Shown one piece after another: positions 29,484-38,385 of a stretch of DNA of 64,000 bases (position 1 is its first letter; every line of letters starts with the position of its first letter). The position numbers and the translations under genes were made by a program. The stretch comes from an uncultured Niastella sp. (GTDB lineage: Bacteria; Bacteroidota; Bacteroidia; Chitinophagales; Chitinophagaceae), in assembly GCA_966211305.1 (NCBI GenBank), contig CBIHPC010000012.1, positions 44 to 64,043 of the forward strand, read 5' to 3'. Below the pieces are notes generated by a model. The model worked only from the letters and a program-made list of their open reading frames with translations, was not told the DNA's origin and made no database searches.

Positions 29484-32006
29484 ATGCTTAAAGGCCTGGT
29501 TGTTATATTACCACTAATTGCTTATGCCGGGCTACAGGCGCAGCCCAAACGAACCCAGGCCATACAGGTTGCCCAGGCGCCCCGCATCGATGGATCGCTG
29601 GATGATGCTGCCTGGCAGCAGGCGCCGGAGGCATATGATTTTGTTACCAATACGCCGGTATTCGGTAAACCCGCTTCAGTAAGAACGGTTGTTAAGGTAG
29701 TGTATGATAATAACGCTATCTATATTGGCGCCTGCCTGTACGACGATCCTTCTGCAATACGCCAACAGTACACAACCCGCGATAACGTGCAAAAGGCGAA
29801 CGTAGATTACTTTTCGGTTTTCCTCGACACCTATAAAGACCGGCAGAATGCATTCCAGTTTTTGGTTACCGCACGTAATGTACAAACAGATGCCCGCGTA
29901 AGCGCCAACTACACCGGTGAAGAAGGTACATATGGCGATGTAACCTGGGACGCCGTGTGGGATAGTAAAGTTGGTTTTCGCCCCGATGGCTGGATCGTTG
30001 AAATGCGTATACCGCTTTTCTCCATTCGTTTCTCGCGTAAATCCATAGCCGACTGGGGCATACAGTTCATGCGCTTCAGCCGCAGCTTTAATGAAACATC
30101 GTTCTGGAACCCGGTTAACCCGGCGGTAAGCGGTTTTACCAACCAGTTTGGCGATGTTTCCGGGTTAAATAACCTGGTGCCGCCATTACGGCTAAGCTTC
30201 TCACCCAATATAAGCGGGGGCTATCGCCAAACGCCGCATACCAATAGTGTGCAGCAATACGAAACACTGAAAAGCGGCGGCATGGATGTTAAATATGGCA
30301 TCAATGAAAGCTTTACCGTCGATGCCACTCTTATACCCGATTTCGGCCAGGTGATCTCTGACAATGTGGTCAATAACCTTAGTCCGTTCGAGATCCGGTT
30401 CCGAGAAAACCGGCCTTTTTTTACCGAGGGTACCGAGTTGTTTAATAAAGCCGGCATCTTTTATTCGCGCCGGATCGGCAAAATGCCCGATAACTACGAT
30501 TCCATCCAGGATAAAATAAGCTCCGGTGAACTGAACGATTACCAACTCCTGAAAAATCCTTCGGTTACACGCTTATATAACGCCGTTAAATTTTCGGGGA
30601 GAACCGGAAATAACCTCGGCATTGGAATTTTTAATGCCGTTACCGAAAATGTAAAAGCCCGGCTGCGTAACCGCAACACAGGCAGGGATTCTTCAGTGAC
30701 AACCGAACCCCTTACCAATTACAATATCATCGTTCTGGACCAGGCATTAAAGAACCGTTCTTCCATTACCCTTACCAATACCAATGTGCTGCGCAACGGC
30801 CATGAACGCGATGCCAACGTAACCGCTGTAGATATTGCGTTGTATGACAAGGCCAACCGGTTCGGCCTCGTTATGAAACCGCGTTACAGTGTGGTTTATG
30901 AGGGGAACGGCCGGTACGATGGGTTTGCCAGTCAGTTTGAAGTGGGAAAAGTAAGCGGCAAACTGCAGTACACGCTTGCCAATGAAATGCGATCGGCGCA
31001 ATACGATCCCAACGACCTCGGTTTTCAATTATCACCCAACGCTTTTTCCAATAAGGCTGCGGTGAGTTACAATATTTACCAGGCAAACCGCTCTTTTTTA
31101 AACCAGGTGTATAGAATAGCGCTTAAACAGGATTATCTATTTAAACCCTTTGCCTGGCAGAAAACCGCTTTTGAAGCCTCGGCAGCCTGGCTGTTAAAAA
31201 ACTTCTGGAGCCTTTCACTTAGTGCAGATATCGGCCCCCGCTGGTACAACGACTTCTTTGAAATGCAAACTCCGTTGAGCTTGTTTCAAACGCCGCGGCA
31301 GCCATTAAAGCGGTCGCCATACTATAGTTTGTTTATCGATGGCAGCACCGATAACCGCAGGCCGCTGACCGTAAGCTGGCTTATTGGGGGTGCAGAGGGC
31401 CCATTACGCAATGATCCCTTTTATGCGCTTCAATGCGCCATACGTTACCGGTTCAGCGACCGGCTGATGCTGGAAATAAGTTACAGACGGCAGTATGACA
31501 ATGGCCAGTTTGGTTATGCCTTCGTGCGCGACCCGGCAACCAAAGCACCCATTCTGGCCCGCCGTAAATATACCGATGTAACTACCGTATTCAGCGGCGT
31601 GTACAATTTCACCTCGCGCATGAACCTTACCTTCAGAACCCGTCATTTCTGGAATAACCTGCAAAACACCCACCTGTACAACATTGAGCCAAACGGCTAC
31701 TGGACCGAAAAAACCGACATATCACCTTCGCAATACAATTTAAATTACAATGCGTTCAATCTCGACGTATTCTATACCTGGGATTTTCGTTTAGGCAGCC
31801 GGCTGATATTAGGCTGGAAGAACTGGCTGGGGAAAGATTATGAATTTAATATCAATGGGCAGGTGTATAAAAATTATGCGCGTAATGCCGCCCGGTTACT
31901 TAGCACCCCACATGGCAATGAGTTCACTATTCGCTTTATTTATTTCCTTAACTACCAGCAGGTGGTAAAGGGAAATGAGAAACTGAAAATGAAAAATAAG
32001 AAATGA
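29484..32006 (+). CDS. CBM9-like / DUF5916 outer-membrane-type protein
   Basis: 840 aa with a signal peptide. The N-terminal APRIDGSLDDAAWQQAP motif is that of the carbohydrate-binding family 9-like domain. The C-terminal part is long and beta-rich. Confidence 0.65.
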   Translation: MLKGLVVILPLIAYAGLQAQPKRTQAIQVAQAPRIDGSLDDAAWQQAPEAYDFVTNTPVFGKPASVRTVVKVVYDNNAIYIGACLYDDPSAIRQQYTTRDNVQKANVDYFSVFLDTYKDRQNAFQFLVTARNVQTDARVSANYTGEEGTYGDVTWDAVWDSKVGFRPDGWIVEMRIPLFSIRFSRKSIADWGIQFMRFSRSFNETSFWNPVNPAVSGFTNQFGDVSGLNNLVPPLRLSFSPNISGGYRQTPHTNSVQQYETLKSGGMDVKYGINESFTVDATLIPDFGQVISDNVVNNLSPFEIRFRENRPFFTEGTELFNKAGIFYSRRIGKMPDNYDSIQDKISSGELNDYQLLKNPSVTRLYNAVKFSGRTGNNLGIGIFNAVTENVKARLRNRNTGRDSSVTTEPLTNYNIIVLDQALKNRSSITLTNTNVLRNGHERDANVTAVDIALYDKANRFGLVMKPRYSVVYEGNGRYDGFASQFEVGKVSGKLQYTLANEMRSAQYDPNDLGFQLSPNAFSNKAAVSYNIYQANRSFLNQVYRIALKQDYLFKPFAWQKTAFEASAAWLLKNFWSLSLSADIGPRWYNDFFEMQTPLSLFQTPRQPLKRSPYYSLFIDGSTDNRRPLTVSWLIGGAEGPLRNDPFYALQCAIRYRFSDRLMLEISYRRQYDNGQFGYAFVRDPATKAPILARRKYTDVTTVFSGVYNFTSRMNLTFRTRHFWNNLQNTHLYNIEPNGYWTEKTDISPSQYNLNYNAFNLDVFYTWDFRLGSRLILGWKNWLGKDYEFNINGQVYKNYARNAARLLSTPHGNEFTIRFIYFLNYQQVVKGNEKLKMKNKK

Positions 32007-32030
32007 AGAAGTAAAAAAACCATACAGCCG

Positions 32031-32084
32031 AAACCACAAACCACAAACCACAAACTACAAACCACAAACCACAAACTACAAACC
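32031..32084. repeat. Heptamer tandem repeat AAACCAC/AAACTAC, about 7.7 copies
   Basis: aaaccac aaaccac aaaccac aaactac aaaccac aaaccac aaactac aaacc. The last copies overlap the stop codon and the final three codons of the HDAC-family gene. Confidence 0.9.
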
Positions 32085-32999
32085 ATATATCTCTTTCGCA
32101 ACCCTGAACGTATTGCAATGCGCCTCCACAATTGTTTTTATATCGGGCGAATAACCGCCGCCCATGGCTACCACACAGGGAATGCCTTTGCTTTTCAGTT
32201 GCGAGAAAACCATTTCATCACGTTGTTTACATCCTTCTATACTTACCTTTAGCTTACCGAATTTGTCGGTTGATAAAATATCAACACCTGATAAATAAAA
32301 TGCAAAATCGGGTTGTAGCTGTTCGAGCAGTGTATGCAATGTATTTTGCAGCAGGCTTAAATACAGCTTATCATCGGTACCATCGTTTAAACCGATATCG
32401 AGATCGCTTTTTTCTTTATGAAAGGGGTAATTGTGGGCGCCGTGCATACTGAAGGTAAATACCCGGGGTTCTTTTTCAAACAAACTGGCAGTGCCATTAC
32501 CCTGGTGCACGTCGAGATCAACAATTAAGATCTTATGAGCAAGCCCTTTTTTAAGCAGGTAATTGGCGGCCACGCCAAAATCATTCAGCAAACAAAACCC
32601 CTCGCCCCTGTCGGCAAATGCATGATGTGTGCCACCTGCAACGTTCAAAGCTACGCCGTGCGCCATTGCATAATGACAGCAATCGATAGTGCCCTGGGTT
32701 ATCACAAATTCCCGCAGGGTAAGCTGCGGCGATTGCGGAAAACCAATGTGCCGTTGCTCGCGGGCCGATAAGTTTTGACCGTGCAGTTTCTCAACATATT
32801 CTTTATCGTGCGTCCAAAGCACTACCTCATCGGCACAGGGCGCCGGCGCAAACAGGTTGCCGGCGGTAATAGTTCCTTCGTATAATAATTGTTCGGGTAT
32901 CAATTCGTATTTAAGCATGGGAAACCGGTGCCCTTCCGGCAGCGGGTGGGCATAAATAGGATCGAATGCTATTTTCAATACTGGCGGCGCAGGGCTCAT
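32076..32999 (-). CDS. Histone deacetylase / acetoin-utilization (HDAC, arginase-fold) family deacetylase
   Basis: 307 aa with GGTHHAFADRGEGFCLLND and DLDVHQGNG. The start ATG overlaps the pdeM stop codon (ATGA). Confidence 0.85.
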   Translation of the reverse strand: MSPAPPVLKIAFDPIYAHPLPEGHRFPMLKYELIPEQLLYEGTITAGNLFAPAPCADEVVLWTHDKEYVEKLHGQNLSAREQRHIGFPQSPQLTLREFVITQGTIDCCHYAMAHGVALNVAGGTHHAFADRGEGFCLLNDFGVAANYLLKKGLAHKILIVDLDVHQGNGTASLFEKEPRVFTFSMHGAHNYPFHKEKSDLDIGLNDGTDDKLYLSLLQNTLHTLLEQLQPDFAFYLSGVDILSTDKFGKLKVSIEGCKQRDEMVFSQLKSKGIPCVVAMGGGYSPDIKTIVEAHCNTFRVAKEIYGL

Positions 33000-33652
33000 T
33001 GCAACTGTACAATATGATCGTTCACGATAGCAAATACATTTTCTTCAAAATCCGGTTGCACCAGGGCTATACCGGTAAAACGGCTGAATGCCGGCAATAC
33101 ACAAAAGTCTTTTGCAAAATAAAAACAGGGAAAGCGCAACGATTGTTTGGCAGTTCCCCTTATTCGAACGCCGGGATGGATATGACCTGAAAAGAAATAC
33201 TGGCTTCTGCCGGGTTCAATATCATCGAGATCGTGCCTGAACCTGAAACTGCCGATCTGTAATTCCTTATCAGCGACATGAATATCACATTGCCGGTACC
33301 AACTCCCGTGCAGTATATCATGATTCCCTTTTACCAAATGAATTGGCAGGCCGGCAAAGTCGTGCCGCCACCGCTGAAAAAGCTCCAGTTCTTTATTCTG
33401 ATGGCTGTGAAACAGATCGCCTACCACAATCAATTGCATTGGTTGAAAATATTGTATCAGGTGCACCAGCCGCTGCAGATCTTCTTTATATACAGCCTGC
33501 GGCACCGCAATGCCCGCTTTACGAAAATGACCTGTTTTTCCAAAATGCAAATCGGAAACGATCAACGCTTTCTCTTCTTCCCAAAAAACACATCTGTGTG
33601 CCGACAACCAAAGTTGTTGCCGCATTAATTTATATGAAACCGGCGCCTGCAT
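32996..33652 (-). CDS. pdeM: Ligase-associated DNA-damage-response endonuclease PdeM-type metallophosphoesterase
   Basis: 218 aa with ALIVSDLHFGK..HFR..G..VP, VGDLFHS and VKGNHD, the pattern I recognise from the PdeM (TIGR04123-type) family. Confidence 0.7.
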   Translation of the reverse strand: MQAPVSYKLMRQQLWLSAHRCVFWEEEKALIVSDLHFGKTGHFRKAGIAVPQAVYKEDLQRLVHLIQYFQPMQLIVVGDLFHSHQNKELELFQRWRHDFAGLPIHLVKGNHDILHGSWYRQCDIHVADKELQIGSFRFRHDLDDIEPGRSQYFFSGHIHPGVRIRGTAKQSLRFPCFYFAKDFCVLPAFSRFTGIALVQPDFEENVFAIVNDHIVQLQ

Positions 33653-33908
33653 ATTCTTCTCTATTCTGGAAATTAAATATATGATGCCCTATTCTAAAAA
33701 CCATTAGTCGGGGGCACCGCAATTTAACAGATAATGGCCTTCAAAATCCTTTAGGGAGCAAAAAGACCTCAGTTCACGGGCGGCAGGCGGCAGATGCCTT
33801 GAGCAACCAGTTGTTCAATCGACTGGATGTAAAAAGCCGGGCAGGGTTGATGAATGCAAGAAGGGGTTATTACTTCGACACTGGGTATTCGACATTCAAT
33901 ATTCGATC

Positions 33909-34568
33909 TTAATCAATGAGCTTATTGCGCATGCCATACATAATAAGGCCGGCGATGGTTTTGGCGCCCACTTTCGATTTCATATTCTGGCGAATGGTTT
34001 CAATGGTGCGGGGGCTAAGGAAAACTTCTTTTGAAATCTCCTCGGTTGTTTTATCGGCTGCCAGCAGTTTGAGTATGCGAATTTCTTTTTCGGAGAATTT
34101 TACGGGATTGGGATAGAACTGCCGTACCTGTTTTTTGGTTTGCAGTTTGGAAAGAACAGCTTTATTAACAAGATCATTAAAGTAAAAATCATCATTCATG
34201 CAGGTAAGTATAGCCTGATAGATCTCTTCAGGGTCAGAGGTTTTGGTGAGGTATGCATTGGCACCCATTTCCATCATCCGGGTGATCATTTCCTGTTCGT
34301 CGTACATGGTAAGAACCACTATCTTCACGTCACTGTATTCCTTACGCAGGATACCAATAGCGTTCACCCCATCTACTTCGGGCATGCGAATATCCATCAA
34401 CAAAACATCAGGTTTTTTGATCTGCATCTTGTGCATCAGATCTTTACCATCTTCGGCTTCCCAAAGGATCTTCAGGTATTCTTTTCCTTTCAGAGCCATT
34501 TTAATGCCGTCGCGAAATATCTTATGATCGTCGGCAAGTGCTACTTTAATAACCAGTTCAGTGCTCAT
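33909..34568 (-). CDS. NarL/LuxR-family response regulator (RR1, no adjacent kinase)
   Basis: REC domain (LADDHKIF, phospho-acceptor context DVLLMDIRMP) plus a C-terminal LuxR HTH (SEKEIRILKLLAADKTTEEISKEVFLSPRTIETIR). Confidence 0.9.
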   Translation of the reverse strand: MSTELVIKVALADDHKIFRDGIKMALKGKEYLKILWEAEDGKDLMHKMQIKKPDVLLMDIRMPEVDGVNAIGILRKEYSDVKIVVLTMYDEQEMITRMMEMGANAYLTKTSDPEEIYQAILTCMNDDFYFNDLVNKAVLSKLQTKKQVRQFYPNPVKFSEKEIRILKLLAADKTTEEISKEVFLSPRTIETIRQNMKSKVGAKTIAGLIMYGMRNKLID

Positions 34569-35165
34569 AATGGGTAAGGTTGGCTTATTAATGGGTTATA
34601 AGTTGTTCCTTTTCAGATACAATATGCCCTACCGTTTTAACCCCTTAATCAGTGCTTATCGCTTCAGGGGCCCTAACCTTCAGGCAATATCGTATAAAAA
34701 AACGATTTCACTCACATTGTAAACGTTAGTTTACCAGGATCAATCGAAATAGTACCAGATATCATACGACGCTTTTACGTATTTGCCGGTAAAATCCGAA
34801 TTTTTAAAAAAGAGCATTTCCGCTATTGCGAACTGGCAGGTGGCCTGCTATTTTTGTTTCAGAAGTTGATTGATGAGGACGACAACCTTAAAACATCCAA
34901 TATTCTGATTACCGTCCTAAAAAATAATTTCCAACGATCTTATGAATGCCACCTGTCAAATCCAATATCAGTCAACTTCTTTTTTTAATCACACCATGTT
35001 CTAACGACACCTATCCTACAACACGAATCATACCTTTTAAAAACATAGTTTTATTGATCCCTGTTTTGATCAGTAGTATATGCAATCAGTCAACCGGTAA
35101 ATAAGAAAAGGAAATTTTAATTGCAAGAGATGCTACACACTGCGCCCCGTTTTTAAAATCCGACA

Positions 35166-35200
35166 CTACTTAAGCATTAATCCTGCGCTACTTAAGCATT
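35166..35200. promoter_or_regulatory. 13-bp perfect direct repeat CTACTTAAGCATT x2 with 22-bp phasing; candidate response-regulator site
   Basis: The copies lie at 35166-35178 and 35188-35200, about 270 nt upstream of the 128-aa ORF. The TACTTAA core resembles a NarL-type TACYYMT heptamer. Confidence 0.35.
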
Positions 35201-35467
35201 TTCACTTATCCACATTTGTGAACAATTGTGTCTCAAATGTAGGTTTCACGAACTTTCACAATAGTAAATATACGGTAAATTACGAGAAATTTTCCCCCAT
35301 TTTGAATCGTAATATTTCCTAGTAAATTCCCCCGAAACGTAGACCAGTAGGCCATTCCGGGCAAAATTACACCATTTATGCCTGCTCGCAACCCGTTGTA
35401 TATCTTTTTTTTTGGAGGTTTCTTACTCTCCGGAACCACTATTAACAACCTCTAAAAACTTACTACT

Positions 35468-35854
35468 ATGATGCAAACTGAACTCTTCACTAAACGTAAC
35501 ATTGCTACCATTGGTGAAGAAATTACCCATGAATTAGGCGCTGAACTGGTTAACAATTACCGCCAGGCTCATCCGAATGATGTTAAGGCTTACATTGTTG
35601 GAAAAGAGATCCTGAGCCAGATCCTGGCCCAACCCGGTTGTGCAGGCATCCAGTTCTTCAATGCTATCAATGAATTCGGACAAAAGACGCTGGTTTACGT
35701 TGGCCTCGATCAAAATGGCAAACAACTGGTTAATTACTCAGTAGTTACCACTGACGCCCAAATTCAAACTGAAAAAGGCATTGTTGCTGATAGAAGCATC
35801 CCCTCTGGCGATGATCCATATTTCGGAGATGACGGCTGGTTTATTATTGATTAA
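35468..35854 (+). CDS. Hypothetical cytoplasmic protein (128 aa), first gene of the signalling cluster
   Basis: A clean ORF with no signal peptide or TM helix and an acidic C-terminus (GDDPYFGDDGWFIID). I recognise no family. Confidence 0.6.
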   Translation: MMQTELFTKRNIATIGEEITHELGAELVNNYRQAHPNDVKAYIVGKEILSQILAQPGCAGIQFFNAINEFGQKTLVYVGLDQNGKQLVNYSVVTTDAQIQTEKGIVADRSIPSGDDPYFGDDGWFIID

Positions 35855-35869
35855 ATAAACCTGAATCTC

Positions 35870-35877
35870 TATATTTG
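35870..35877 (+). promoter_or_regulatory. Perfect TAnnTTTG box (TATATTTG) overlapping the putative TTG start of the 7-TM gene
   Basis: Seen directly. If functional, it conflicts with the TTG start at 35875, so either the box or the start call is wrong. Confidence 0.25.
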
Positions 35878-36576
35878 AGGGTAAATGACCCTGATATAGA
35901 GAGCTTTTTCTTACATATCAGTATATATTCTTCGTTATTACCCGTAATTCTCTTTCTTGTGTTTTTAAGGCACACAAAAAGAAAGGAATTATGGGTAATC
36001 TTTATATACTCCTGTTACTCATTTTTGAATGACAAGGTTTTCCTATCCTCAAAACTCAATGCCAAGTTTTTCCTAAGCACTTATACGCTGGTAGAATTCA
36101 TCCTCTTCAGTTATTTCATTTGGCTCATAATTGACAACAGGCAATTTAAAAAGGTGATTGCCATTGTCTCAACATTGTTTGTTATATTTATCTGCTATTA
36201 TTTTCTTACAACCAAATGGAACTTTTTCGATTCAGTACCAGTGGCTTGTGAATCGATCCTGATTTTTACATTTTCGCTATACTATCTGTTTGAGCAAATA
36301 AACAAGCCCAGGGTGCTATTTATATATAACACGTCTATGTTCTGGATAATCCTTGGTTTCCTCGTGTATTTAGCGGGGTGTTTTTTTATATATACCTTCG
36401 CAGACGAGATAGACCGGAACGACCGGACCAAATTCTGGTTTGTGACTTTCATTTTCAATACCATTAAAAACATTTTCTTTAGCATAGCTTTTTCGCGGAA
36501 AGAAGCTAAGGATAAAAGTATATCCAGCCTATCCTCATACGATAATTATTTTAAAACCCCATTTAACCCATTATAA
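35875..36576 (+). CDS. Uncharacterised 7-TM membrane protein (7TM-A)
   Basis: 233 aa with seven hydrophobic segments by eye. An intramembrane Glu sits in TM5 (ACESILIF...EQINK), and TM6 carries FWIILGFLVY. The gene is very A+T-rich. The start (TTG) is uncertain. Confidence 0.6.
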   Translation: MRVNDPDIESFFLHISIYSSLLPVILFLVFLRHTKRKELWVIFIYSCYSFLNDKVFLSSKLNAKFFLSTYTLVEFILFSYFIWLIIDNRQFKKVIAIVSTLFVIFICYYFLTTKWNFFDSVPVACESILIFTFSLYYLFEQINKPRVLFIYNTSMFWIILGFLVYLAGCFFIYTFADEIDRNDRTKFWFVTFIFNTIKNIFFSIAFSRKEAKDKSISSLSSYDNYFKTPFNPL

Positions 36577-36596
36577 ATCTGGTTTTTCATATATCA

Positions 36597-37442
36597 ATGA
36601 TCTTGCTGCAGGTCAATCATGGCTCCAGTCAGTTCCCTATGGTACTTTATTTCGGTACTATTGGTATGCTTGTTCTTACCATTGGCCTCATCGTTTTCAT
36701 TATTTTTCACCAGCGTAAGGTTATCCGCTATCAAATGCAGTTACAGCATATGGAGCAGGAACAACAAAAGATGTTGCTCAATGCCTCCATTCGCCTGCAG
36801 GAAGAAGAGCGGCAGCGCATTGCCGCCGACCTGCACGATGATGCCGGCCCCCTGCTGGCTACGGCGCGTTTATACCTGAACGAAAACCTGGTGAACCTCG
36901 ACAAAACAACTCAACTGCAGAGTATCTACAATGCCAAACAGATCATTGACGACACCATTCAGCTTATTCGCAATATTTCGCATAGCCTGATGCCCCCTAC
37001 CCTTAAAAATTTCGGGTTGGAGTCAGCCGTAAACGATCTGTTCCAGAAGATCAGCGGTTCGGGCAGTATGAACGCCAGCTGCCGCTTTCACGATTACCGC
37101 GAACGCCTGCACGCAGATCAGGAACTCATCATTTTCAGGGTAATACAGGAACTGGTGAATAACATTCTGAAACATAGTAATGCCAGTTTTATTCATCTTA
37201 CTCAAAACCTGAGCGGTAATAAATTGTATATTCGCCTCCATCACGACGGCCGCGGTATTACCCAGGCCGATTTTGATAAACTGAATAAAAGCAATGTGGG
37301 ACTGGGTTTGAAAAATATTCAAAGCAGGTTGAAACTCCTGCACGGGCGCATTTATTTTGAAAAAGATATTTCACAAACGTATTATAAGGTTACTATCGAA
37401 ATTCCAAGAGTAGAGGAAGAACCGGTAGCACCACAGATATAA
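36597..37442 (+). CDS. HisKA_3-type sensor histidine kinase with a single N-terminal TM helix and no extracytoplasmic or cytoplasmic sensor domain
   Basis: 281 aa. TM helix (VLYFGTIGMLVLTIGLIVFIIF), H-box RIAADLHDDAGP, N-box ELVNNILKHS, G-box GLGLKNIQSRL. Confidence 0.9.
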   Translation: MILLQVNHGSSQFPMVLYFGTIGMLVLTIGLIVFIIFHQRKVIRYQMQLQHMEQEQQKMLLNASIRLQEEERQRIAADLHDDAGPLLATARLYLNENLVNLDKTTQLQSIYNAKQIIDDTIQLIRNISHSLMPPTLKNFGLESAVNDLFQKISGSGSMNASCRFHDYRERLHADQELIIFRVIQELVNNILKHSNASFIHLTQNLSGNKLYIRLHHDGRGITQADFDKLNKSNVGLGLKNIQSRLKLLHGRIYFEKDISQTYYKVTIEIPRVEEEPVAPQI

Positions 37443-37564
37443 AATAATTGGTTCATATTTTGATAAGGGCTGCTAACGTAAATTAGTGGGGCGGATAAGT
37501 GTTTACACTGACGTATGGATGCAACACCCCCTGAATGCCTAAACACTGTAGATTTTTAGTAATT

Positions 37565-37572
37565 TAGTTTTG
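37565..37572 (+). promoter_or_regulatory. -7 promoter box TAGTTTTG; possible internal promoter for RR2
   Basis: A perfect TAnnTTTG lies 17 nt upstream of the ATG at 37589, inside the 146-nt kinase-RR2 gap. No -33 TTG is present. Confidence 0.35.
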
Positions 37573-37588
37573 CCAATATCATAAACAG

Positions 37589-38245
37589 ATGGGACCTATA
37601 AAAGTGGCTATTGCTGATGACCACAAAATATTCCGTAAAGGAGTAATATTGTCGTTAAGGCCTTATACAAACATAAAATTCGTACTCGAAGCTGAAAACG
37701 GTCAGGAACTGTTGGATAACCTACCAACCGCACCTGAACAACCGGATGTTATTTTAATGGATTTACGTATGCCTTTAAAAGATGGCATCGAAACCACTAA
37801 AGTTATCGCCCGCCAGTATCCAAACATCCATGTAATTGCACTGACCATGTATGAAGATGAACGGTTCGTGAGCCACATGATGGAAATAGGCGCCAACGGG
37901 TATTTACTAAAAAGCGCTGACCCCTCCGAGATAAAGAAAGCCATAATGGAGGTAATGAGCAAGGGGTATTATCTGAACAACTTTGTAAACAGGATTCTGC
38001 TAAAAAAGTCACACGCCCGGGTTAAAGTGGTACCCAGTTTAAACAACGAAATTACCCTTAGCGACCGTGAACGCGATGTGATAAAATATATTTGCATGGA
38101 GTTTACCGCCCATGAAATTGCACAAAAACTGGAAGTTAGCCCACGGACTGTTGAAGCTATCAAAGACAGGTTGATGGAACGCTTTGGTGCTAAAAACACG
38201 GCTGGCCTGGTTTTCTTTGCAGTTAAGAATAACCTGATTGATTAA
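37589..38245 (+). CDS. NarL/LuxR-family response regulator (RR2)
   Basis: REC domain (IADDHKIF, DVILMDLRMP) plus LuxR HTH (SDRERDVIKYICMEFTAHEIAQKLEVSPRTVEAIK). It is a paralog of RR1, and both end in N-x-LID. Confidence 0.9.
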   Translation: MGPIKVAIADDHKIFRKGVILSLRPYTNIKFVLEAENGQELLDNLPTAPEQPDVILMDLRMPLKDGIETTKVIARQYPNIHVIALTMYEDERFVSHMMEIGANGYLLKSADPSEIKKAIMEVMSKGYYLNNFVNRILLKKSHARVKVVPSLNNEITLSDRERDVIKYICMEFTAHEIAQKLEVSPRTVEAIKDRLMERFGAKNTAGLVFFAVKNNLID

Positions 38246-38385
38246 ACTCCCGGCAACCCTTAACAGGGATGTAATGTAATTTGTAAAACGAATAACAGCC
38301 GGCATTATGTTGATACCCTTTTTTCCAGCGTTAAAAACACCTGCCCCCCCTATGAAGAACCGGTTTGGCCCTGAACCCTTTGACC

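Noticed and set aside
34624-34722. A 32-codon ORF (MPYRFNPLISAYRFRGPNLQAISYKKTISLTL) in the 0.9-kb non-coding region.
   Set aside because: There is no promoter box, no recognisable peptide features and no support beyond being open. I kept it only as a note for ribosome-profiling checks.
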